DNA of 60,283 nt, counting the filler, from Bipalium vagum (lineage: Eukaryota): assembly GCA_037834085.1 (NCBI GenBank). It is 3 parts of 3 records of this genome, joined end to end, with 100 filler letters (N's around TTAATTAATTAA, not from the genome) between each part and the next. Parts side by side here need not be neighbours in the genome. Positions count along the whole stretch, not along the records: positions 1 to 17,623 come from JBBMKC010058319.1; 2 more parts are not named here. The stretch is one strand, 5' to 3'. Below the pieces are notes generated by a model. It was not told the DNA's origin, ran no database searches, and worked only from the letters and a program-made list of their open reading frames with translations. The translations under genes were made by a program, and so were the position numbers. Positions 1 to 13,023 of the stretch are shown piece by piece. Each line of letters starts with the position of its first letter. Position 1 is the stretch's first letter.

Positions 1-446
1 AAACCAAGATGAAGATGTTTTACCTTGCCCAATTCATTCTCTGCTTCAAAGATAAAGAATTTAACACAACAAAAACTACACCTTTGAGTGTAGTTTTTGT
101 TTTATTTTTAATCTTTTATATTTTAAGGCAAAACTTTCAATCCCAGACGTTTAATAAACTTGCTTGATTAATGAAAAGTTAAAATATTGATTAATTGGAG
201 TTATCAAAGGCACTTGATTAAAATTAACAAAACAAAGATTTTTTTTTTATTAATTTTCGTAATCGTTGAGTGTTCCATGTGAAAAATTAAAATTTTTGAA
301 AAATATTTATTTGAAAGTTACCAAAAGTGATAAATAATTGTGAACATCGATATATACATGAAATAAAAATATAAACAGATACAATATGACAGCGTAATCG
401 ATTTGACAATAGAGAGGTTTGGTTTCTTAACTTTGAAATAACTTAC

Positions 447-3400
447 CCGATAGACTAGCCACCTCAGCAATAAGAAATGAACAGTAACTCATCAGGAAGA
501 ATAAAGACGTTTCAAGCAAAGGATAATCTCGTAAATATGTGAATTTCGTAACAATAGCTGTCGAGATCCCAACAACGCATCCGATGGACAAAGCTCCCAG
601 AAATACTGTAAGAAACGTTCTGATTGCCAGGAGAATTTCCATTGGGTTGAAATCACCATTTGTGACAATTCCGTACTTTTCCACAGAACTGAGAATGAAA
701 ACAGAACAGTCAATAAATACACCAACAATTCGAAAAAAATCATTTATAAACATTACTTTGCCAAAACTATGGCCACTGCATCATTAAGAACGCTTTCACC
801 AAACACCAATGCATAAATGTCCACTTCAATATTGAGGTCATTGAAGATCGCCAGAACCGTTACTAAAATTTCAAAATTTTACATTGACTTTCCTAATGGA
901 CATTCAAAAAACAGATTTCACAAAAGATTCAAAGGTCATAAATAAATATTTAATCAACACTAAATTTAATCATTACTGTTTGAAGTGTATCGAAAATTCT
1001 GAAAAGGTCAATAAATGTAATAAAATCTCAAGATCAATATTCTCGGAAACGTTTGATTAACGTGAAAATTTCCGTAATGCAACATACAAATTTCGAAACA
1101 CAATCTATAAAAGAATTTCCTACTCATAGTGTGATATAGTGAGGTTCGGGCAATCGGGTTTTGCTCAGAATTACGCGATATCAGTATTAGCCGAATTATG
1201 ATAATATTGATTAAATATTATTCAAATATTTTTTGAAAATTTATTCAATAAAATTCAAAAGTATACCGAAGTATGATGTAATTTTTAATTGGTTTGAAGA
1301 ATTAATATTTTCCCTTTCCACCTCAATCAATACATCATTATTTTTAAAATATCCCTCTAACATATTCGATATGATGTAGAAAGGTTGATATAGTTTTAAA
1401 TGCTGTCAAAAGCTCCTCATTTGATATTTTGTTTCTTTAGGCTTTGTTCATTGACATCATCATTACTTATTGTTGATGCAAGACTTTCAATATATTTTAT
1501 AATTTCATATTTACTTTCGAAACAGCAATAAATAATAATATTATTTGAAAAAAAAGAAAAAGTTAGTATTACTAGGTTTCGAAGTGTTACTGATATCTCA
1601 TAAGTTTTTAGTCACATTCTATTTTATTTCATTTTATTAAAATATTTATGTGATATTTAACCACTTAATTTAATTTTCTAATGTGATGTAATAATAAAAT
1701 CGATTTTAACAAGGTTCAAAATCTTCTCATTGATCATAAGATCGAATATGATTGTACTACTTTGCAATTTTTTTTCAAAAGGACTGTCTTGTTTAATATT
1801 GCAAAGGTGTTTATTTTTGTGAAGTTTTTAGCAGCTAAGGATTATAATTATTGATTCCTCTTATCTATTCCAACTGTGGACAAATAAATCTCTTTTGAGT
1901 AAAGTATGGCTCGACCTTATTTCAGAAAACTTTAATTGATACTTTTCAAATTAACTATGTAATTATTTGGGGTTTATTTGAAAAAATACAAAATTTATTG
2001 TGAAATAAAAATAAATAAAAAAATTATAAATAAAATTTATAACCGGAAAACATTTAAAAATATTATTAAAAAGTGAAATGTCAAGAAAAAATTAATAAAT
2101 CGCCAAACAGATGTAAAATGAGAGTAGTGTACAGCATGCAACACTGTGAAAGATTGTCTATTTTCCAATTGGTAAATGAAAATTTTTGCCTAATTAAATC
2201 TGTTCTCTAAAAGATTGCCTTCCCTGTGACTTCCAATATTAAAGACAACAAAGTCTCTTTATTATCAAAGTGTTACATAACCTAGAAACCTAAGCATCAT
2301 TTCCGTTTTCAGCAATTATACACGGAGAAATATATTTATCAATGTCATTTTAGTAATTAATACATGTAATAAGAAGAAAAACACGAAAGACGCTCTCTCC
2401 TTTGCATTTAATTGAGTAAATTTAAAATTCTTGGAAAATATTTAATATTTTTCAGGGTATTCTCAATGAGCTAACTTAACATTCGTTAGAACCTTTTGCA
2501 GCGTTAAATAAATCGAAAATGCTTTATACAACTGGTTCTTAGACCAGCGTGTAAAAGGTAATGTTAATACAGTTATATTCATGACTTGTCATTTTTAATA
2601 ATAAGATAAGACCAAAACAATACATACATTCATATAGTCAACCTTCATTAATCCAAAAAAAATTATTTCGTCAATTTTTGAAAGTTTCCAGATAAATTTG
2701 ATTCATTAATCCAACACTTTAGGATTTGCAATCGAAAAGCTCTTTTTTGAATTAAATTTTTAAAGAATTTCTAAAATTTTCGGATTAATGCTGTTTAAAT
2801 ATTAAGCTTGTTTACAATTAAATTTACTTAAATTAAATATACATATGGCTAGTAAAAGAAATTACAATTCATCAAAAGGAAAAAAATGTGTACAATAAAG
2901 GAGTCAAAGAAATATGTCGCTGAGTGAATTGTCTCAAATTATCAGAAGAGAATTAAACCTGGACCTAAAAATAGGTTATCAGAAATTTTGAAAATTTTGG
3001 CGATCATACAAATAACAAATTTATTCATTATCCGAATTAATTCACAATCCGAAAGAAAATCGATTTCTAATTTTTCAGATTAATGAGGTTTGACAGTTTA
3101 TTAAATAAGATTCCCGCATTTAAGATAATTTGGTTCAATTATTCGCTTAAAAGCACAATTTGCAAACGGAAATTTTTTCAAAAAATATATTTAGAAAAGT
3201 TTCCACAAGAGAATAATTACTGTATAAAATTTGTCATAGAACTGAATAATCAAGTTTATAAAATCCGCCAAAGTTAATAATTTAAATATGGATAACGGAC
3301 ATTTTGTAATGTAAATTAATTTCTATTGGAATATTAATTATAAAATTAATCAATTTATTTTTAATTGAAAAATATATATTTGAAGAATACGATTCTTATT

Positions 3401-6400
3401 CATATTATCAACGTGGCCGACATTCTTTGGAAATAGAAAAAACAATGGAAAGCAACTTATTTCTAACACCAACTGGTAAAAGTAAAACTGTTGTGTTTTA
3501 TTTTATAGTATAAAGAACTGTACCTGGGTCCGTTGCAGATATAAACGATCCAAAGAGTAAACAATCTCCAAACCCGATCAACTTTGAAATCACCGGAATA
3601 GTTCGAGACAGACCGTAGCACAGACCTCTATTACAAACAGCAATTTAAACTTCGTATTTGCTTAATGACGAAGAATTTTCAGTAAGAATAATCATTGCTA
3701 TTTTTTTTATTTTTATTATGAGTAAGTCATCATTAAAATAATAAAAAAATTTATTAACCCACATTATGTCTGGATATTTTATATTTAATATGGATAAAAA
3801 CCTAGGATTTTCAGAAAGAAAAGTAAAGAAAAATTAAAAAAATACGGAACAAGTGAAAAAATAATAAATGACACTCAATTCAATTCAAATAATAAATAGA
3901 AATTAAAATAGAAAATTTAACGGAGAATAATTTCCAAATCGTCTTGAATTAACAAAAAAGCAATTTATTAGCGCGATAAAAAAATGTCTAAAATTTGTAA
4001 TATATTAGGTTAGTGAGTAAAAACGTCATAACTCAATGGAAAATAAACTTTATTAATCAAAATAATTTTCATGCGAGTCAATATATTTCTGCCAACCAGT
4101 GATGAGTTTTATGCCTATGGAATATAAGTCTTTTTTCCTAGAGGCAACAAACTCATCAAAGGTCATTTCAGCATCGGATCGGATTTCGAAGCACTTATTG
4201 ACCAAGAAATTATCTAGAGCCTTAAAGAAATGGAAATCTGGTGGTGAGAGGTCTGGCGAATATGTGGAGTGAGTCAAAATCTCGTAACCCAAATTGTTTA
4301 TTTTTCCTCAATGTTGTTTGTGCGACGTGTGGGCGTGCGTTGTCATGCAACAGAATTGGACCTTTTCTATTGATCAGTTTAGGACAGATGAAACGTTTCG
4401 GAGTTTCATTTCTATCCAACCATTGTGCCGATCATCGCCAATTGTCCAAGAGAATCCATTTCTCGTCACACGTCACGATTAGATTGAGAAAAAAGCAGAG
4501 AAGATGCCACTTCGAAACGATGTTTTTTGTTTTTCGCTCAGGTCATGTGGCATTTACTAATTCATCTTTTACACCTTTCCAATCTTGTCTAAGTGACGAA
4601 GTACTGTTGCATGATATACCACAAGTTCCGCTCCGATTTCCCTTGTGGATTTTGATGAATCAGCTTCGATTATCTTCTTTAATTTATCATTGTCAACTTT
4701 ACGAAAACGACCGTGACCATCCTAATCTTCAAGGGTATCATCTCCCTGACGAAACCGTTTAAACCAACGTTGCACCATACGCTGATTGACAGTTGCCTAA
4801 TAATATTGTTACTGGATATAAATATTATAAGAATTAACTTTATTTGTTGAAATACAATCACTCGTGCTTAATGGTCTTCAACTGTAAGAGACCATTTTGA
4901 TATCAGACCGTATCTTTAAATCCAAAAAATTTAGCAAGTGATATTTCATTATCATTGAGATTCAGAAATTTCATTACTTTCATAAACGTAAACACTCCTC
5001 GAATTACAAGGAAATCTGGTGGCACTAGATCGGCAATGATATATTGAATGTTATAGGATTTAATTACTTAGATTTTTCATTATTGTTTTAGTTAAAATAG
5101 ACGTAGGTGGTCTCGTATTATTTTGATGAATAACTATTTCGATTGATTAATGATGGATATCGTTAACGCATACACACATATATCCTATCGTTTTTTTGGC
5201 AATATAGATTTATAAACTTGGAAGGAATTATAATTACTTGAAGATATATTGATAAAACAAATCATAAGTTCTACAAAAACCATAACAATGTTTTTTAACG
5301 ACCTCTTTATGGGACTTGTTTTATCTAAACTTATTCATCTGGCATATATATGGATTGTTGTAATATATCCACTTTTTGTTTCATGCCACAATTCTTTTTA
5401 GGAAACGAATACCATTAGGATTTTGTAAAAGTTGAATACAGATATTCAATCACATATTTGCATGTTGGGAGTCTTATTAATCATACCGAAATTATACAAA
5501 TGACTTCACAGGTTTTCTTCTATAAAGAATATTTTTGTACTTTATTGCTTTCTAAAAGCAAATATGGTTTACCAAAAAGTGACTTATCCTCCATGTCAAA
5601 ATCAAAACTTCGAATTTTTTGAATCATTCATATACATCACTTTTTCTTAACATTGTTTTATTGGTTTTCAAAAGTTTTTGAATAGTTTCAGGCGCAGTAT
5701 GACAGTAATAATTCTCGAATCATATTTTTCATGAAAAATAAAATTATCTAAAATAATAAGATATCAATGATTTTAATTGAACAAATTTGAATTGAAAAGA
5801 GGAGTTTAAAACAAAAGTTTATTTCTGCTAGAAAACAGCATAGGTATACTATGCAAAATTCTGGAAACTTGTCGATCACCCTAATTATTCATAAAATAGA
5901 ATATTTCTTCTATTATAGGGTATTTCAATTCTATAATCTCATAATTTTAAATCTATATTCCCATTACTATATGTTTATATTTATATACGAGGTGTATAAC
6001 ATTTTTGTACTATATTATTAAAATATTGATACCTTATTCATAGGGTATTTAGATTACAAAAAATAAGAAAAGAAATAAAACCATTACCAAAGAAATCTTT
6101 GATCAAATAAAAGACATATTCCAAAACTCATCTTTTCATAGGTCTCCCGAAATCAAGCAAATTCTTATAGCCAAAGGAATAGTTCATAAATATTTAACCC
6201 CGTATTTGCCGCAACTCAATCCAATTGAGGAATTCTTTTCGTTTATAAAACCAAAATACCAGACTATAAGAAATCAGGATGCTTTCTTCAGAGTGAAAGA
6301 ATCTATTGATATGGTTATAGATAACAACAATGACTACAGTGATCAAATATTAGGGTTTTATAGACATGAGAGAATGGTTGAATTTGGCAAGAAAAAATCC

Positions 6401-9400
6401 GTTCCTATAAGATTTTATAAACAACGTGTTATATATGTTATGTTCTTATATGGCTTTTACATTTAATCTGTAGTATAGCTGAAGATTTTATTAGTACTTT
6501 TTATTTTCAAATGATGGTAATATAGATTTGAAAACATGGGAGTATGAATTTGAATTCATGAGAATATAAAATTGAAATTATGAGATTATGGAATTGAAAT
6601 TGAAAAAATTAAAATAAATGGAAATCGATGTTATTTAATAATCATTATAATCTATAAGATTTATATTCTCGATTTTTATGTTTGACGAAAAAAAATTAAT
6701 TTTTAAATAATAAATTAAATTAATTCAGATTTTATAAAATATTGATTATTTTTTGTAAAGAAAATAGAACTTATCCGGGAAGAATAATAACTCATTGGAT
6801 TTATAAATTTAGGAACAAATATTTTCAATAACAAATAGACTTATTTTAATCACGAGAGAAATAGTAAATAAATATGGACACAAGAGATAACGATTATTTC
6901 TATTTATAGTTATTTTTCAACTATTTCTTAAATAAATAATTTAATTTGATAACCGGTGCAAAAATAAGTTTTTAATAGCCTGTTAATTTATTCCAGAAAA
7001 ATTTAACAGATTTTGTTATGACTGTTATTGATCAGAATTCTCAATGAATCATCGAAATATTTTGGTCAAAGTAAAAACAATAGAAAAGTTGTTATTTTAT
7101 TGTTCTTTTCTCTTTTAAGAATTTTCTTTTTCGTTATACTTGGTTTATCTTTAAAAAATATATAACCCGATATACAAAAAATTAAGAGAAAAATTATTTC
7201 TTTGATCTTTTTAGTCAGCCTTCAAATTTCAAAAATCAATGGAAAACCTTATTAAATGCATGCTTATGTTGTTTTCTTATAACTTAAAAATTCTAAAAAT
7301 AAAATCATAAAATTTACCAAGCTATTAAAGATAATAGTTTTAAATTATTAATAATTATGATAATTAAAACAAACAAATAATACAACAGGCTAGACAATAG
7401 ACTATATACAATAAGTTAAAAAATAAAAAGATACAGTTAAATTCAAAATTGATGCTGTTAAAGACTCTCACACCGGGAATCTGATAGAGTAATATAGGGA
7501 ATAGAAGCTGGACCTACGATTTGTTCGTAAATTTTCTCTAATAACGTTAAAAGCCTCCCAACGTTGGATTGACCTATTTCTCAATAAGTTTGACCTTAGA
7601 ATTAGGTGATCAATATTGGCTGATGGTAAGTGCGTTCCTATTGGATGATTATTTTTAGATTTTAATTTTAATGTTTACATTTTCAGTTAATGTTTATTGT
7701 TTAGATTGATTAATTTTAAATGTTTTAATTTTCATTTAGATTTTTTTCATAGACTTTTTAAAATGAAAACAATGAAATTCAACACAAAAGTAGAGGGGCT
7801 TCCACAGATTGATTTTGTATTTCTGAACACAATAATCAATATTTCACAGTTAAAGTGTTATAAAAATACATACCGGATTAATTTGTAATATATAATATAA
7901 AATAATATAATAAAATGATATAATATATAATAAAATAGTTCTAAAATAAACTGATTTGTTAAAGGATTTCAAAAAAATTTAAACTTTGTCATGGAAATCA
8001 TTCGTTGAAATAATTTTATTTCAACAGCATTAAAAGGAACTTCTAAGTCGATATAATATTTTTAAAGAAGAATTAGAAGAAAATATGGGTCGCAAGTAGT
8101 GTCTTTTCTTATCTTTTATAAAATGAGGTAAAAGTTGCTATTCAGTTTGATCACAGAAACAACCTGGTACTTTTTTCTAACTGAAACATAAGAAGAGCAA
8201 TGAACGAATTTATAATCAAAAATATTTTTTAATTAAAAAACAAATTAAGAAAACGATAAATAGGTATGACACGTAAGGAAAGTGATTGAAGGTAATAAAA
8301 CAAGATTTGGAAGATGTCGCTCAATTTTTACATTGTCGACATCAAAAATGCAAATTTTGAACAAATAATATTTCAATTCAAAGCGAACTACATCTTTATC
8401 AATAAAAAGCAATTTATTAGCACGATCAAAAAATTTCTAAAATTTGTAATATATTAGGTTGGTGCAAAAATAATGTCGTTTTACAGCTATAAAAGTAAAA
8501 ACGTCATAACTCAATGGAAAATAAACTAAATAAAATAAAATAATTTCCATGAGATTTTTATCGGTTTTCAATAAATGACCACGTTATCTAGGGGTATAAT
8601 ATTAAAATAAATGGCGCTTGTAGTACTATTTTTTTTAAAGTTCGGTTATTTTTGGAATGGAAGGTGTATATTTGTTTAATAACCAATATAAAATATTAGG
8701 TTGTAACATATGAGGTGTCCCTATTTAAAACTAATTTTTCTAAGCAACATATTTTCAGTAATAATTGATGAAAATTAAAGTTTGATATATAGATTAAAAG
8801 GTTAGAAATTTCATTATTATAATAATATCACTTGTTTAAATAATAACATATATTTAAAAATATTTAGCGGTCAATATGAATAACATAATACCGACGGATT
8901 TAAGAACCATTTATTTTTATGAATGGAAATTGAAGCACAAAATATCCGAAGTGTCAGGATCATAAATTCGGCGTTTGGGTTGCATGCTACAAACAAAAAA
9001 CCATTGTACGTTGGTACAAAAAATTCAATTCTAATTATTATAGTCAAGAAATCGCAGATCGTGGAAGGCCAGTCACCACTGTTGATGATGGTGATCTGAA
9101 GACAAAAGTAGAAGAAAATCCACATCAGACTGTGCGAGACCCAGCCAGAGTGTTTTGCGTAACCACAATGATAATTTCTCGTCATTTGAAATAAATAAGA
9201 AAAGTAAAAAAGCTCAACAAATGGGTCCAGCATTCGTTGAACAATTTCCAAAAATTTCAACGTAAGGAGATTTCCAATTCCCTGCTGATCCGCAATGATA
9301 TGTGCCCATTTTCGCATCGCATTGTTATTTGTCATGAAAGTGAGTACTATATAATAATCAACGCCGATCAGCTCAATGGTTAAATGTCGATGAACCTCCT

Positions 9401-12365
9401 CGTCACATGCAGAAATCCGATTTACACCAAAAGAAAATAATGATCAATTGAGGTCTATGGGTGGAGTAATACATTATTCATTTCTAGATCCAGGTGAGAC
9501 CATAACAGCCGATAAATACTGTACAGAACTTGAAGAAATGCACCGAAGAATAATTATCAAACATCCTGCAATGACTGAAAGACATGATGTTATATTGCTC
9601 CACGACAAGGTCAGGCCACATGTTTCCAGGGTAACGTTAAATAAGCTCAAGGATTTGAAACCTTGCCGCATCCAGCTTTATCTGAAGACTTGACTCTAAC
9701 TAAAATTATCACCTGTTCAAACATTTATATCATTTTTTCTTAAATAAACCTTTCACCAAACGTGAAGGTGTCCAGAATGCCTTATTCGATTTCTTGGATT
9801 CCAAGGACACAAGGTTTTACGAAAGTGGAATAAGAAATTTGGTAATGCGATAGAAAAAGTGTGTCATTCTGACGAACCTTATTTTGATTAATAAAAACTT
9901 TTCTTGTGTCTCAATCGTTTAAAATATTTTAACCAAATGGGACATTTAATATGTTATAACCTGATAGTTAAATTAACAAGTGCGACTCGATAACCAATAT
10001 AATATGAAAATTTTTAAAATTATTGATTATCTAAAATTGAAATTTTATAAGTAAATAAAACAAGAATTTAGATTTAGTACTATTCTAAAACAAAATTCAA
10101 TTTTTAAATAATTTTATAAATAAATAAATAATAAACATAATAATATTATATTATTGAATTATTATTTTATTTAAAATTTTATTATTATTATTTTTTTATT
10201 ATTCCTGATCGCTGACTTCAGTCAATTTGAAGTTCAAAATAAAAACTTAAATAATAACAAACATTGCTAATATTACCCGATTGTCAATGATGAAAGAATA
10301 GTACCAAGAAATGCATAAGAGGCAATAGCACCGAGATTTTCAAAAAAGTGTTTCTGTAAAAGAAAATAAATAAACAATTATTATCCAGTTAAGAATAAAA
10401 TTATTTTAAAATTGGCCCTTTCTTTAGTAATATAATGAAATCATTGTTTAAATAGAATAAAAAATGAAATGAGTGAAAAATTATTTTTAAAAGTAATATA
10501 AGAACGAAAAACAAATGAGAAATAGTAAAATTGACAGAAAGAAAGAATTATTAGGAAAGAAAAGAGAAGAAAAAAATGATAATTTATGAAAAAAATAATT
10601 ATAAGAAAAATGTAAAGAATAAAAAAGAAATAAAAAAGAAACAAGGAAAATAAAACTTACAGCAACCTAATAAGGAATAAATTCTTAATCTCCTGAATTT
10701 TTTTTACGAAAAAATATTTATTCAAAATAAAATTATATAATCATTTGCATTAGCAAATCGTCGTAGATTTTCTCGAGCATCATAGGAAATATTTTTATAA
10801 GTATCATATATTCCTCTGTTGGGTTGTTTTAATCCAATCTTTTCGGAAATCTGTGAAAGTAAATTGGTCATTGAGTTTGTTTCCATTCTCTATTGTTTCC
10901 ATTCTTTCATGTAATGAGGACCCATCAGGATATCCATTTCCAGTTTGCTTCTCTTTATTTGTCATTTTGTTAATTTATAATTACTATGATTAATTAAACA
11001 AATAATTCTATTTTTCCTTTTTAAACTTCAATTTTAATATTTTTTTAAAAAATATTAATTAATAATTCAGAGTTTCTAGGTTCTTGGTGCACGTATGGCT
11101 GTAAAGATACATTTCCTCAACTCACATTTAGACTACTTTCATGATAACTGTGGTGGCATGAGCGAAGAACAAGAACAGCGATTTCATCAATAAAATCAAA
11201 TAAAGTCATTTCACATTCATCAACAGAGATTACATCCAACAAGAAAGAACAATAGTATCATTTTAAATGAATTTTCACTGATTCTTGTACTATTAAAAAA
11301 TTCGAAAACAAATATAATGAATACAAAATATATCCTCTTTACAAAAAGAAAAATATTATCACTACTAAATGCTTTTTTTCAAAATCGCGACGATCATAAC
11401 GTCGAAATTTCCTTTAAAATCAATTTTATCGATTGTTAGTTAAATATTATAAAAAAACGATTTCTGAATCATTTAATTTAATCAAGTCCTTTCATTGTTA
11501 CACAAAAAATCTCTAAAATCGATCAAACCAATAGTTTATCAAACTTGTGATAAAATATTAAAATTAATAAACATTTATAGACTATATTTAAATTAAAAAA
11601 ATATTTTTAAACATCATTAATTTGAAATTAATTAAAATTTTGAAAATCAATAAATAAAAATGATCAACATTAAGAATCAATAAATATTCGATGCGCAGCT
11701 TCGTGAGGAAATAATCAACGAGAGAAAGAGACGAAGAACAAAGCCTACCTTTTTCATATTGTATCCAGCACAAAATATGATGGGCGGCAATAACAAATTG
11801 AAGAATATCTCCACATCGAACGTGGCCTGAAACGGTGGATTTCGTTGAGAGACGATCAATGAGAGTAAATGCAATCGATACTTTTCTGTTAAAATCTTTC
11901 GAGTCTTTGTTTTCGGAAGTGAGAATGTGTCGGTACTTGTATGAATAAAAGAAAGACCTGTTTTCCATCTTGTTTGGATTCTCGAAAGTCATCCGCAACG
12001 TGATATCATCAGGCGGTAGTTGGTAGGCACAATTCCTATCCGGGATCATTTGAAATTGAGTAGTAACGTTTGTGTTATCAGATGGCAAATTGTAAAATAT
12101 TGCACCTAATATCAAGCCTGAAAATCGAAGGAATAAAATAAAGATTCAAATCGAAAATTTCTAAATCACCGTATACTAATGATAAACCAGTCTCATGAAC
12201 GAATCTCAGTCGTTTGTGTTTAAAAATCCAAATCGTTATAACCGATAGGATCAATAAAATCGAATATGACAATAAAATAAGGCAATCGTTCTTGTGATCT
12301 TGCAATAATTTCGTTTCTCGTTGAAGTTCAAATTCTTTTTCGGCTTTAATTTGACAATAACCCAT
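447..12365 (-). CDS. Endosomal-type Na+/H+ exchanger (SLC9A6/7/9 family), 5' seven exons; gene continues beyond the left edge
   Basis: Exons 12365-12170, 12117-11882, 11826-11749, 10353-10277, 3627-3524, 862-757, 688-447 all have GT-AG borders and consistent phases (1039 nt). The joined protein has NHE6/7/9 hallmarks: [114 protein letters not shown]. In-frame TGA lies 9 codons upstream of the ATG. Confidence 0.95.
2635..3096. mobile_element. Non-autonomous MITE, pogo/Tigger-like
   Basis: Imperfect ~25-bp TIRs (tagtcaaccttcattaatcc at 2635; cagattaatgaggtttgacag ending 3096), TA on the left flank, repeated internal ttcattaatcc/cggattaatg motifs, no coding capacity. Confidence 0.6.
4005..4800 (-). 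mobile_element. Degenerate mariner (DD34D) transposon
   Basis: Minus strand reads [66 protein letters not shown] with stops and frameshifts; partly deleted TIR ttaggttagtg at 4005 after TA. Confidence 0.92.
4940..5885 (-). mobile_element. Second, older mariner remnant
   Basis: Minus-strand remnants DLVPPDF (about 5010-5030) and IVA*NKKWIY (about 5365-5393, a degenerate IVTGDEKWIY); boundaries approximate. Confidence 0.65.
5923..6600 (+). mobile_element. Tc1/IS630-like (DD34E) internally deleted element
   Basis: Transposase C-terminal remnant [39 protein letters not shown] (PYSPxLNPIE motif); inverted repeats tttcaattctataatctcataatt (about 5925-5948) and aattatgagattatggaattgaaa (about 6576-6599). 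Confidence 0.75.
7360..7640 (-). mobile_element. Probable 3' end of a non-LTR retrotransposon (CR1/L2-like)
   Basis: Minus strand reads [13 protein letters not shown]...SIRFPV-x-ESL, resembling the RTxRRxxFFSxRVxxxWNSL terminus of LINE ORF2, followed by a T-rich tail; decayed. Confidence 0.4.
8404..8551 (+). repeat. Direct duplicate of 3955-4073 containing a mariner TIR plus its outside flank
   Basis: aaaaagcaatttattagc.cgat.aaaaaat.tctaaaatttgtaatatattaggtt.gtg...agtaaaaacgtcataactcaatggaaaataaact occurs at both sites; this copy keeps the full TIR ttaggttggtgcaaaaataatgtcgtttt. Confidence 0.9.
8696..9964 (+). mobile_element. Full-length (1269 bp) inactive mariner element with both TIRs and TA TSD
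   Basis: TA|ttaggttgtaacatatgaggtgtccctattt ... aaatgggacatttaatatgttataacctga|TA. Transposase starts near 8923 (MEIEAQNIR) with remnants [39 protein letters not shown] and ends YFD* near 9891; multiple frameshifts. Confidence 0.93.
11068..11193 (+). mobile_element. Chapaev(3)-like (CMC superfamily) transposase fragment in NHE intron 3
   Basis: Translates [40 protein letters not shown], matching the LGCxMSxKIHFLHSHLDFFPxNxGxxSDEQGERFHQ motif I recall for Chapaev3-type transposases. Confidence 0.75.
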
Positions 12366-13023
12366 GATTTGATTTTTATTTGAAATTAATCAAGAACGCG
12401 TCTTAAATAATGTATCTAAACAAATTGGCGATAATTTATAAATAAACCTGTATTAATAGATTTATCACAACAATTTTCCGATTTATTTTTCGTTCTGTGA
12501 CGGGCATTATTTTTAAAAAGATTTATTTTAAGTATTGTCGAATTTAAAGTAAAAATAAAAAAGGAACATAAATTAAATTTCAATAATAATTTTGATAACA
12601 AAAATTACACTAAATGTGAATAAAACACACTAAAAATCTGTCAAAATAAAAAATTAGAAAAATCAACAAAATTATAATAAATTTTAAAGCGAACCAGTAA
12701 AAATATTTTACCATAAACCTGTTAAAATATAATAATCGTGAATCAGTCAAGGTTTTTACTAAATCTTGTAAAAGGTAATTCAATAACATAGAACGAAAAT
12801 GCCGTACGCTAGTTTATATTATGGACTGAGATTATACGTGGTACTCAAGTATTATTTAAAATCTAACTCAAAAAGTTAGAGGTATGCTAGTCAAGAAATC
12901 AACATTTCAATTATTATTATTATATATGTATGGCATTTTTGAAAAGCCGAAATATCACTGGTAAATAAAGGTGTATATAAGTTATATAATGCTTATAAAA
13001 TTTTATTACAAAATAGTTATATA

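Noticed and set aside
20-60. Minus-strand AG...AG|GTAAAA exon-like segment as the next NHE exon
   Set aside because: It does not encode the expected IVAVLFCG.. continuation; the next exon must lie outside the window.
1561-1606. Minus-strand CTTATGA...CGAAAC resembling a hammerhead ribozyme core
   Set aside because: The CUGAUGA box is mismatched, stem II does not pair and there is no NUH cleavage triplet closing stem III.
4241-4762. 173-aa plus-strand ORF (likewise 8871-9335 on the minus strand)
   Set aside because: Antisense shadows of mariner transposase remnants.
10441-10644. Hydrophobic F/I/L-rich ORF
   Set aside because: Translation of A/T low-complexity intronic DNA; the same applies to most 60-100 aa ORFs in the track.
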